From a virus (Duplodnaviria; Caudoviricetes), in the IMG/VR virus record IMGVR_UViG_3300025626_000030, positions 1 to 58,858 of that record: a DNA stretch of 58,858 bases, one strand, 5' to 3'. Below, in pieces: positions 10,985 to 19,426 of the stretch. The notes under the pieces are model-generated. The model ran no database searches and was not told the DNA's origin. It saw only the letters and a program-made list of their open reading frames with translations. Both the position numbers and the translations under genes were made by a program. The stretch's first letter is position 1. Every line of letters starts with the position of its first letter.

Positions 10985-11200
10985 TCATATAGTCCGCCAG
11001 AGACGTATACCTAATTTGCCATTTTCTATGACTATTTTTGTTGTTACTTGCCATCGCTTTGCTTTAGCTATCGCGTTGACCTGATCCTTTGCCTTGTGTG
11101 TGTTTATGCACGGTACGAACACCGAAGCTCCCCTTGGCATACCTTCCCAGTTAATTACGATGCGTATGCCGTCGGGGTCTAAGTCATCTAGCATTAACAC
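10985..11200 (-). CDS. Small hypothetical protein
   Basis: 71 aa ORF tightly coupled downstream of the primase-helicase stop. Confidence 0.6.
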   Translation of the reverse strand: MLMLDDLDPDGIRIVINWEGMPRGASVFVPCINTHKAKDQVNAIAKAKRWQVTTKIVIENGKLGIRLWRTI

Positions 11201-11201
11201 G

Positions 11202-14036
11202 TTAGGACGAGGGTTCTACTACGTCCACTTTTGAACAGTCTATAGATAGGACAGTGGTCGGAGGTAGTTGAGTAGTAGTACCTTTAGTCAGGCGTACCTT
11301 GGTTGTCTTAGCTCCAAAATCGGCTTCCAGTTCCTTCTTAAACGAGGCGAAGTTCATCTGCTGCCTACCGCACCATGCTTTAAGTATTTTGGGTAGGAGG
11401 TATGCGCGTTTAGTGTCAGTCTCATAACGCCCTACCAAACGAACCTTGGGGTCTAGCTCAGGAATTACTAGCGTATCTAATCCATTATCGTGTGTCTTGC
11501 GTAGGTCATCGGTGCTTTTGATTTTTAGTATGCTACCCCAATGCTCGTGGAAGTAGTCGTTTAGTGTATCGGCTGCGGTAACACTCAATTCGGTTACCCC
11601 ACCTTTGTTTTCTAATAGTAACCCAGTGGTATAGGTCATTAGTTTTGTAGTGTTATAGTTTACTAACTCTAGCCTTTTGGCTATGAGTAACCCAGTTACC
11701 GTAGCTGCCGCACCCGCTGACCAGAAACGGTTCTCTGCTGTCAGGCCCGCTGCCTTGTCTATCCTAGCGCGAACCTTGCTTAACAAATCCGTACACGCCT
11801 CTAGGTTATTAATTACGAACTGCACGAAAGGTATACCTGCATGCCCATACAGCGTAGTAGCATTAACGGCGTGTGCGTCTGTCTCGGCCTTAGACCCCGC
11901 ATCGGAAAACAACCTAACCGCTCTGGTCTCCATCATGCGCTGTGCTTCTGCTTTTGGCATATTCTTATACAAGCTGACTTTCTCTATGATGCTAGTGTTT
12001 CCAGTAGTAACAGCTAGTAAGCTCCAAGGTTTACCCCTAGCACGTTCAGTGTTGTTGCCGCCGCTAGTCATACGGTTCTTCTGCTTACCACCGGATAGCT
12101 GGTAGATCATGTCAGACAGCTCGTCACCCTTCGCGTTGGTTAACTCGTCAATATATAAGGGTAAGTTATGGTACACCTCGCCGCGTAGCATCCTAGAGTT
12201 CTGCGTATCGTTCTCGTCTAGCACTAGCTCTTTGGGATTACCCCAAATTGATGCGCCTATATACATTGCAGTAGTCTTACCAAGTCCACTTTCCTTACTG
12301 TGGATGTGGAACCCCGAACATGCGATAGGGCATAGGGCCATAAGAATAGAGCCAAACCCCGTGCCTACGATATATTGGTGTAGTTCAAACCCGTCACGGT
12401 CGTAGAAGTTAGCCATGTCGATCCACTCTTGCAAAGTACCCTTGGGTTCAAACGCGTGAAACAACCCCGCTGTCGGGGTAGAGGGTGGGTTGTTCTTGAT
12501 AGTATGCCCAAATATTTCTTTATCGCCCAATACAAACGACTTAAACGTATCGTCTGTCCAACCGAACTGCCTACGCGCCTCAGTTGCTACGCTAGTAGCC
12601 TGTAACTCGTTTACCCACGTTGTCATGTAACTCATAAGGTCATCCATTCTGGTAACAGCTACGCCGTGCATAGCCATGTGTTTACGTAAGTCTTCTTTGG
12701 AGGTTACTGAAGTGAGTGGTATTGTGAACTCTCTAACCCCATCTCTCGGCAAGTGTAGTTTGACGACTACCGCTTCGCCCATCTCTATATCTGAAATACG
12801 CTTAGTTACGTATATGTCGTTGTGGTACACAAGTTTCTCATCGGGGTCACCATCTGCGTCAGTCGTGCGTATATAGACGCCCCCGTTGACACCCCTAAAG
12901 AAAGGCTTAGGGTACGCCGGAATCACATGGGTAGTAGAAGCAGGTAGGTCGGCAGTTAGCTCAGGTTCTACAGGTGTAGTAGGCACCTTGACTACGTTGT
13001 CCGCTGCGGTCGCGGGTATGACCCTGTTGCCCAACACGATAGGAGACTTTATTCTTCCCCAGTGGGAGCACTGCGTACACACATCAGCGTTGAACTCGTC
13101 AAAAGAATTACACAGGTATGGGCCTTTAATAAGCTCCATCTTCGCTGCCGTAGCCGCTGCTGAATAACCTTCGTGACCCTTGGATATGTTACGTGCGGCC
13201 ACTTCGGAGTCACTACAGAACTTAGCAATGGACAGTCCGGCTCTCCACATAGGCTCACTGCAATTGGCTTGGTCAGTCAGGATCGTGCCTAGCTGTGCGC
13301 AGCCCGTACCCCTAGCGGTTTTGGCTATAATGTCTTTAAACTTAGTTTCGTTATTACCCATGATTGTCTGCATGACGGCACTTGCGCCAGAGGGAACCAT
13401 TCTCTTGGGTACTGGTATCATCCCCCCACCAAGCAGGGTAGAGAACTTATCGAAATCTACATCGGCAGGACTGTCTATTCCATAGAACTCTACTACGGAG
13501 GGAGGTGTTGTCTTGTGATTATGGGTAGCGGGTATCCGCAGTACCCTAGCGGCGTCCGCAGTTACAGACGGGTCGGCCAGTAATTTATGTTGTGCGCATA
13601 ACTTTTTGAGGCGTTCTGCTACAGGTAGCCAGTCGTCCAGTGATACGGATTCAGATAGAAACCAATACGCGTGTACACCTCTACCTGAGTTAACCATCTT
13701 AGGTGCGGGCAGTGATAACGTACTGCAAAACCCCTGCAATGCTAGGATAGCTTCTTCTTGAGTAGGATACTCCTTGTCAATACCGCAGTCTAAGTCTAGG
13801 AAGAAAGACTTTAGTCGCTTCACGTTATTAACTCTACGGGAGTTTGATTCCTCGAACGTGGCTAATGCGAAGTACGCATCGTAGCCTTTGTTGTCTAGGT
13901 CTCGTGCCGCATCTGCCATGTCACCCACAGAGGTATAGAATTTCTGTACCCTAGTATCTGCCTTGGTGTTGGAAGAAAACGCACAGTAATAACCCTCGTT
14001 TGCTACTGCCCTTCTTAAAAAATCTTCAATATTCAT
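11202..14036 (-). CDS. Primase-helicase (N-terminal primase, C-terminal DUF927-like helicase)
   Basis: FFLDLD...SGRGVHAYW...DAARVLRIP primase motifs, a Cys cluster (C...CxxC), Walker A ESGLGKTT and Walker B LYIDE. Start chosen at MNIEDF (ATG at 14036). Confidence 0.8.
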   Translation of the reverse strand: MNIEDFLRRAVANEGYYCAFSSNTKADTRVQKFYTSVGDMADAARDLDNKGYDAYFALATFEESNSRRVNNVKRLKSFFLDLDCGIDKEYPTQEEAILALQGFCSTLSLPAPKMVNSGRGVHAYWFLSESVSLDDWLPVAERLKKLCAQHKLLADPSVTADAARVLRIPATHNHKTTPPSVVEFYGIDSPADVDFDKFSTLLGGGMIPVPKRMVPSGASAVMQTIMGNNETKFKDIIAKTARGTGCAQLGTILTDQANCSEPMWRAGLSIAKFCSDSEVAARNISKGHEGYSAAATAAKMELIKGPYLCNSFDEFNADVCTQCSHWGRIKSPIVLGNRVIPATAADNVVKVPTTPVEPELTADLPASTTHVIPAYPKPFFRGVNGGVYIRTTDADGDPDEKLVYHNDIYVTKRISDIEMGEAVVVKLHLPRDGVREFTIPLTSVTSKEDLRKHMAMHGVAVTRMDDLMSYMTTWVNELQATSVATEARRQFGWTDDTFKSFVLGDKEIFGHTIKNNPPSTPTAGLFHAFEPKGTLQEWIDMANFYDRDGFELHQYIVGTGFGSILMALCPIACSGFHIHSKESGLGKTTAMYIGASIWGNPKELVLDENDTQNSRMLRGEVYHNLPLYIDELTNAKGDELSDMIYQLSGGKQKNRMTSGGNNTERARGKPWSLLAVTTGNTSIIEKVSLYKNMPKAEAQRMMETRAVRLFSDAGSKAETDAHAVNATTLYGHAGIPFVQFVINNLEACTDLLSKVRARIDKAAGLTAENRFWSAGAAATVTGLLIAKRLELVNYNTTKLMTYTTGLLLENKGGVTELSVTAADTLNDYFHEHWGSILKIKSTDDLRKTHDNGLDTLVIPELDPKVRLVGRYETDTKRAYLLPKILKAWCGRQQMNFASFKKELEADFGAKTTKVRLTKGTTTQLPPTTVLSIDCSKVDVVEPSS

Positions 14037-14132
14037 ATGGCTACCTAATTCCGAGAGGTACCATAGCAGGGGCGCTTGCACGCCCTTTTCGGAATAATCC
14101 TAGCTACAGGTGTTGTATTACAAGGGGGAGTA

Positions 14133-14858
14133 TCAGTCGTCCCAGTCAGCGACAATAGAAGCTAGCGCATCGTCGTCTGTCTTGGGAGCAGGAGCAGTTT
14201 TCTTGACTACTTTTTTAGGCTCCGGTGCAACGGGTTCCTCATCCTCAAACAAAGTATCAGTGACTTCTGCTTTTGCTGCGGCATACACGGGGGCATCGGT
14301 AACTACCTCGAATGGATTCTCTTCGGCGGCAAATTCAAACCCTCCTTCTACTGCGTCAAACGGTGACGCTGCTGTCATAGGTACGTACTTGATCACCTGT
14401 ACGGCACGTAGTCTAAGGGATACACCTGCCTCGCGCATGTTGTACGGCGTAAAAGTAACCGCCACATTCACAGTGCTTCCAGTAGTGAGCAAAAAGTCTT
14501 CCGGTAGTTTAGCTCCTTTTGCATCGTATTGTATAGGCTTAAAGGTAAGGTCTTTACCATAGGCACCTTTTAGACCTGCCTTAAAGACGTAAGTACCATC
14601 TTCTTCTTTGGTAAAAGGGTTGTCAAACTTGTCAGGCCAGCTAGCTTCTTTCTTCCCAGCGTAAGCCTGAGCCATCTCTACATACAGAGCTTTAGCAGCT
14701 TCTTTAGACATGCGGAACTTGATCTCATACCTAGCGCCGTCCTCAAGTGGTTCACATGGTACGCTACGGTTCTCGCTAGAATCAAATCTATAAGTCTTAT
14801 TGATTCGCGGGTAAAGAGCTTCTACGTTTTTAATTACATACTGATTATTTGTAGCCAT
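14133..14858 (-). CDS. ssb: Single-stranded DNA-binding protein (T7 gp2.5/DUF2815-like)
   Basis: GSTVNVAVTFTPY...GVSLRLRAVQV OB-fold pattern and an acidic C-terminal tail ending WDD; in the replication cluster. Confidence 0.7.
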   Translation of the reverse strand: MATNNQYVIKNVEALYPRINKTYRFDSSENRSVPCEPLEDGARYEIKFRMSKEAAKALYVEMAQAYAGKKEASWPDKFDNPFTKEEDGTYVFKAGLKGAYGKDLTFKPIQYDAKGAKLPEDFLLTTGSTVNVAVTFTPYNMREAGVSLRLRAVQVIKYVPMTAASPFDAVEGGFEFAAEENPFEVVTDAPVYAAAKAEVTDTLFEDEEPVAPEPKKVVKKTAPAPKTDDDALASIVADWDD

Positions 14859-14878
14859 TTTAATTTCCTAATTTTAGT

Positions 14879-15544
14879 TTAGTTTGCGTTTATGTCAAAA
14901 CCTTCCACCGCTGAGAACGGAGACACGGGTTCACTTGTTACAGGGACAGTCATAGTGACGGCCTTCGCAGTATCTTCGTGATCCACCATGCTGCATACGG
15001 CGGCATAGGTGTCTTCGTCTAAACGACTTAGAGGTTTGAAATAAAGTTTTGGTACCACGCTATCACTATCAAAATATACTCTAGTAGTGACAGCAATTAT
15101 CGCCGTATCGTGCTTAGACAAAAGCCGTGCGTACTCTTGCAGCCCTTTATCCCCACCCTTACTACTACCAAATATAGAGGTAGCGGGTATCTGTAGCTGA
15201 TACACTTCTTCAGGTTCTTCCTGAAATACAACTGCAAGTCGTTGTGAGAACCGACAAGCCCTTCCTCCAAACTCACCTGAACCCCTTACGTTCTGAGGAC
15301 AGTCCATACAACGCATGGATTGCTTTTGCTCTTGGGGTACAGCTTCATCCGGTCGCTGCGTGTCAGGTGACCAACACGTTGGAACCGCAACCCTGTTAGG
15401 GTCGTACGCCTCGCCATAGTAAGCGCGGGACACTGGGGCGGCATTAACTACTACCACGTCCATAGTCTGACTGTCGAGTGCCTTACCCTCTACTGTAAAC
15501 TTGCTACCACGTAGACTGATTCGGCGTAGACTATCGTTACTCAT
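14879..15544 (-). CDS. Conserved Cys-containing replication/recombination protein
   Basis: PTCWS...CMDCPQN...RACR (four Cys, possible Zn site); adjacent to SSB. Confidence 0.55.
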   Translation of the reverse strand: MSNDSLRRISLRGSKFTVEGKALDSQTMDVVVVNAAPVSRAYYGEAYDPNRVAVPTCWSPDTQRPDEAVPQEQKQSMRCMDCPQNVRGSGEFGGRACRFSQRLAVVFQEEPEEVYQLQIPATSIFGSSKGGDKGLQEYARLLSKHDTAIIAVTTRVYFDSDSVVPKLYFKPLSRLDEDTYAAVCSMVDHEDTAKAVTMTVPVTSEPVSPFSAVEGFDINAN

Positions 15545-15825
15545 CAGACGTCTTCATCCAGATCGAAATCCAACTCTAACTGTTCTTCTCCATATTCCTC
15601 GGGTACATACACCTCTTCGACTTCTTTCTTACTTACATCTGGGCCGCTACCTACTAGAGATGCTTCAACCGCAGGTAGGTTAAATCTATAGGTGTTACCT
15701 ACCTTAATAAAGGTATCGGGAGCGATTGTACCCTGACGTAACCATGCGCGGATGGTCGATATGGATACCGAGAAATGTCTTGCTACATTCTCAATCGGTA
15801 CAAAAGCGGGTTTAAGTTCTGACAT
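15544..15825 (-). CDS. Excisionase/MerR-like helix-turn-helix DNA-binding protein
   Basis: IENVARHFSVSISTIRAWLRQG...IKVGNTYRF winged-HTH pattern with an acidic tail. Confidence 0.7.
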   Translation of the reverse strand: MSELKPAFVPIENVARHFSVSISTIRAWLRQGTIAPDTFIKVGNTYRFNLPAVEASLVGSGPDVSKKEVEEVYVPEEYGEEQLELDFDLDEDV

Positions 15826-16226
15826 TATTTTTTCCTCACTGTTACTACGTACTCTGAATCTACATTAAGACCTTTTGGTGTAAGGTCGGGGTTTTCTTCT
15901 AGGAACTGCTTCATGTTTGCCTGATTGAGGCGCTTATCAAGTAGCTCCGGTGCCCCATGCTCTAACACAAACTCGTGCATGTTGCTCCAATCGCTAGTCC
16001 AATACCTAGTCTTGGCAGACCTATAAAACATTCCTTCTGAAGTCTTTACACTATCTACGCCTTGCGTCTTACAGAAATCTAACATGGCCTTCTTTACTTC
16101 GTCTAACTGATCGGACAACTTACTGTCCTTCTCTTTAAACTCTGCTGTTAGCTCCGCTCTCTTAGCCTTGATCTTATGGAAGACCTTGGTGAGTTTCTCA
16201 ACAGGGGCGCTGCTTTCATCGTTCAT
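15825..16226 (-). CDS. Conserved phage hypothetical protein
   Basis: 133 aa with an N-terminal coiled coil and a GGAGAGAG RBS; translationally coupled to the next gene. Confidence 0.7.
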   Translation of the reverse strand: MNDESSAPVEKLTKVFHKIKAKRAELTAEFKEKDSKLSDQLDEVKKAMLDFCKTQGVDSVKTSEGMFYRSAKTRYWTSDWSNMHEFVLEHGAPELLDKRLNQANMKQFLEENPDLTPKGLNVDSEYVVTVRKK

Positions 16227-16255
16227 TGCTCTCTCCTATTAGTGACAGGGCGTCC

Positions 16256-16284
16256 ACTTTAGTACCATCTAATACCCTAGTCAA
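16256..16284 (-). promoter_or_regulatory. Sigma70-like promoter for the SSB/primase operon
   Basis: Minus strand reads TTGACT-N17-TAAAGT, overlapping the helicase stop. Confidence 0.5.
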
Positions 16285-17812
16285 GTATTTCTTTGTAAAG
16301 ATCAATCATTTTTGTGTGTACGTTGATTCTGTTATCGAGTAATGCGTAAACACGTTTCTCGGCGTGGGAACCTTGGAGTTGGACGACGGTACATTTGTGA
16401 TCTTGCCCTGATCTGTGTACACGGGCGTTTGCCTGAGCGTATGTCTCCAGTGAACTCGTCGGTGCCCACCACACTACTGTATTAGCCGCAGTTAACGTGA
16501 CGCCGTGCGCTGCTGACTGAGGTTGGATCACTAGCACCTTGGGATCTTCTTGCTCTTGGAACCGCTTAAATATCTCAGTTCGTTTGGGGGCTGGTACGTC
16601 CCCCCGTATAACGTCTACAGTTATGCCATCGTCCCGTAGTTTGGCGGTTAGCATGTCGATGGTGTGTTTAAACGGTACGAACACTAGTACCTTTTTACTG
16701 GACTCATCTATCACTTCCCGTAGCACTTTGTATCGAGGAGCTATATCGAACTGCACTGCATCACCCTTGTCGGTGTACACTGCACCCGCAGATATTTGCA
16801 GGAGTTTGTTCATGTTGACCGCCGCGTTAGCTGCTGTGACTTGCTCCCCCGCTGCCTCCATGACCATCTTGCTCTTTAGTTCTTTGTAGTACTTCTTTTG
16901 TTGGCGTGTTAACTCCACCTCACGCTTCACATACACCATCGGCGGAAGGTCTAGGCATTCTTCTTTCGTAAACCGTATAGCGGGTTGCAACACTCTATGC
17001 ACCGTTGTGGTAGCGTCTTCTTTCGGTGCCCACTTAAAGTTAGTTATCTTTCTCATAACTTGGTCGCGGAAAGAACCAAAGAACTTAGGTACGGCAGTGG
17101 GGTTAACAAGTCTGGCTATGCCATACGCATCTGTAGGACTCTGTGCCGCAGGAGTACCCGTCATCATCCATAGCCAAGTACTTGGGCCAACTAACCTGTT
17201 GAGCGTCTTCCATCGGGTAGTCTGAGGGTTCTTGTAGTGGGTAGCTTCGTCTATGATTATTAGGTCAAAGCCCCCGTTGGCGATAGCGTCCTCTACAATA
17301 GCCAACCCGTCATAATTTATTATCACGTACTCAGCCTCACCTTCAATTACCGCACGCCGTTTCTTAGCTGCTCCGTACGCCACATCTACTTTGCGGTGCA
17401 TGGCAAAACTAAAGAGGTCATTCCTCCATGCGGAATCCATGATGGATAGGGGGCATACCACCAACACACGTCTTATGACGCCTTGGTCGATTAGGTAGTC
17501 AGACGCCCATATAGCACTAGCGGTCTTGCCTGTACCCTGCTCGTTAAAGCAAAACGCCTTACGGTTAAGTGTTAGGAAAGAGGCGGTGGTCTTCTGGTGG
17601 TCGAACGGCGCGTACCTACCTGACCACTCGTACCTAGATTCTATGGGGGATGGCGCGTTGATGTTCATGTTGCGTAACACCTGAGTCTCCTCCAATCCCC
17701 AGTTAACAAGTACTTGGTTGTTCGGTAGTTCTTTGCTTTTAGGTATCACCGCAGTAACTCTTGATGGGTTACGTAGGGTGAGTAGTAATGCCTTATCGTC
17801 TACTATCTTCAT
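16277..17812 (-). CDS. SNF2-family (SF2) helicase
   Basis: EQGTGKT, IIIDEATH, MMTGTP, HGVTLTAA and QANARVHRSGQ motifs. Start chosen at MKIVDD after GGAG. Confidence 0.9.
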   Translation of the reverse strand: MKIVDDKALLLTLRNPSRVTAVIPKSKELPNNQVLVNWGLEETQVLRNMNINAPSPIESRYEWSGRYAPFDHQKTTASFLTLNRKAFCFNEQGTGKTASAIWASDYLIDQGVIRRVLVVCPLSIMDSAWRNDLFSFAMHRKVDVAYGAAKKRRAVIEGEAEYVIINYDGLAIVEDAIANGGFDLIIIDEATHYKNPQTTRWKTLNRLVGPSTWLWMMTGTPAAQSPTDAYGIARLVNPTAVPKFFGSFRDQVMRKITNFKWAPKEDATTTVHRVLQPAIRFTKEECLDLPPMVYVKREVELTRQQKKYYKELKSKMVMEAAGEQVTAANAAVNMNKLLQISAGAVYTDKGDAVQFDIAPRYKVLREVIDESSKKVLVFVPFKHTIDMLTAKLRDDGITVDVIRGDVPAPKRTEIFKRFQEQEDPKVLVIQPQSAAHGVTLTAANTVVWWAPTSSLETYAQANARVHRSGQDHKCTVVQLQGSHAEKRVYALLDNRINVHTKMIDLYKEILD

Positions 17813-18053
17813 TTGTCGCTCCGATGCGAAATAGCATGAAGTGGGTGTCCACGTCACGCGAAAAAATTTAGTGGCCCTGCTTCGTCCATAGATAGGGCTA
17901 GGTCTACTTATGATGGAAAACGTGAAAATTCCACGAAACACGCTACCGTTGGACTACTCGATTTTATGGCGCTTTATATGCCCTCTTAACGGGAGCACGC
18001 CATCATTTAAAGACGCATCAAGCACGCGTCAACCCATACCAATAGGGAGTTCT

Positions 18054-18329
18054 TTACTTAGGCTTTCTACTGCCTTTCTTTTTGTAGTTCCGGCTACGGT
18101 TAGTAGAGCTATCCTCTACTGTAACACCATCTTTGTTGGTGCCGCCATTGACTAGGGCTTTCTTGTGACTAACGTCTTTACCTTCCCGCTTGTCAGCCTT
18201 GCCATTGCCGTTGGCGTCTTTGCCTTTCTTATCCATAGCACGTCTGGCACGCTGTCGCTCCATTCGGCGTTCAAACGTGTCACTCCCTACAGGAGCATTG
18301 ACTTGTTTCTTTCTTTTTCTAGGACGCAT
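18054..18329 (-). CDS. Small HNH-like endonuclease
   Basis: KDVSHKKALVNGGTN...NRSRN HNH-type pattern. Start at MRPRK overlaps the exonuclease stop. Confidence 0.6.
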   Translation of the reverse strand: MRPRKRKKQVNAPVGSDTFERRMERQRARRAMDKKGKDANGNGKADKREGKDVSHKKALVNGGTNKDGVTVEDSSTNRSRNYKKKGSRKPK

Positions 18330-19000
18330 TAGTGTCTTCCGTTGTGTACACATTCTGTCACTAGGCAGTGACGTTTACATAGCCCACTTTGGTGTGCGTT
18401 CCACACATCTTTCTCGAACGCTTTCTCCATACGGCTATAGTCTGACAACCATTTAGACCACAGTTTAGCTTCATCTGGCTTGTTGTAAGTGCCTGTTACT
18501 AACTCACCACACACAACAAACACGAGACCCCCCCGGACAAACTGTATTTCGGGGTAGTGTTTAAACACTGCGAGGGCCATCAACTCTAACTGCCCTTTAT
18601 CTGCGTATCGTGTGTTCTTGCTGGTCTTGTAGTCTATCACCCAAGCTGTCTTGGCTTCTCTATCCAGTATAACTAAATCGGCTATGCCCCGCCACCACAC
18701 ATTATCATCCCTAAATCCACAGGGGTCTAGGTTCTCAGTAAGCCCCATCTCTAACTCACAGAGCTTCTCACCTGACTTAGCCATCAACGCATCGAGAACA
18801 TCTTTACAGTAACCGTACTTAGCGGGGAGCGGCGTGCCGTCCCTAACGTATTCCTCTGCGGCGAGGTGTACGGCGGTGCCATATAGCATCGCCTCTGTCT
18901 CAGGTTCTTTATAGTCCTTAGCCACCTTCAAGTGATAGAACTTCTTAGGACACTGTTCAAAAGACTTAATCTTTGAGAACGACCACGGCGCTATACCCAT
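18329..19000 (-). CDS. PD-(D/E)XK Cas4/RecB-like exonuclease
   Basis: SFSKIKSFEQCP, GTAVH, GIADL...IDYKT, QLELMA and a C-terminal CxxxCxxxxC. Confidence 0.85.
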   Translation of the reverse strand: MGIAPWSFSKIKSFEQCPKKFYHLKVAKDYKEPETEAMLYGTAVHLAAEEYVRDGTPLPAKYGYCKDVLDALMAKSGEKLCELEMGLTENLDPCGFRDDNVWWRGIADLVILDREAKTAWVIDYKTSKNTRYADKGQLELMALAVFKHYPEIQFVRGGLVFVVCGELVTGTYNKPDEAKLWSKWLSDYSRMEKAFEKDVWNAHQSGLCKRHCLVTECVHNGRH

Positions 19001-19227
19001 CAGTGTTTCTCCACAAACATCGAACTTACTATTGTTAGTTCACGTATCAATACGTCTAGTTGCTCTACCTCTAGGAATACAGCATTAATGTGTGTCTTTT
19101 TACCATGTGTCAGGCACTGCTCTACGCAAACTACAGGATCTCCGTCATCATCCTCACCCACCATTATCGCCAAGTAGTCGCCCGTTGTTTCTGGGAATTT
19201 GTCAGGGAACTTAATAATCTCACCCAT
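19000..19227 (-). CDS. Hypothetical protein
   Basis: 75 aa, overlapping start/stop coupling on both sides. Confidence 0.6.
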   Translation of the reverse strand: MGEIIKFPDKFPETTGDYLAIMVGEDDDGDPVVCVEQCLTHGKKTHINAVFLEVEQLDVLIRELTIVSSMFVEKH

Positions 19228-19426
19228 TAACGTATACTCCCACTATCCCGCCCAACACAAACAACCCAACCCACCCGCACGCCGAAACCACGGTGGGGCT
19301 AAACAACAGACCGTATACTCGCGTAGCAAACGTATCGCCAACGCGGTGTCTAAACATAGTCGCCTTCCGTATCTCTCGATCTGCAAACCTATTGGCTTCC
19401 CGTACTGCTCTTTTAATATCGCTCAT
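19220..19426 (-). CDS. Small membrane protein
   Basis: 68 aa with a C-terminal hydrophobic stretch; coupled to the polA stop. Confidence 0.55.
   Translation of the reverse strand: MSDIKRAVREANRFADREIRKATMFRHRVGDTFATRVYGLLFSPTVVSACGWVGLFVLGGIVGVYVNG

Noticed and set aside
15544-15825. Xis-like HTH as evidence of an integrated prophage
   Set aside because: No integrase, att site or flanking host genes are visible; such HTH genes are common in replication clusters.
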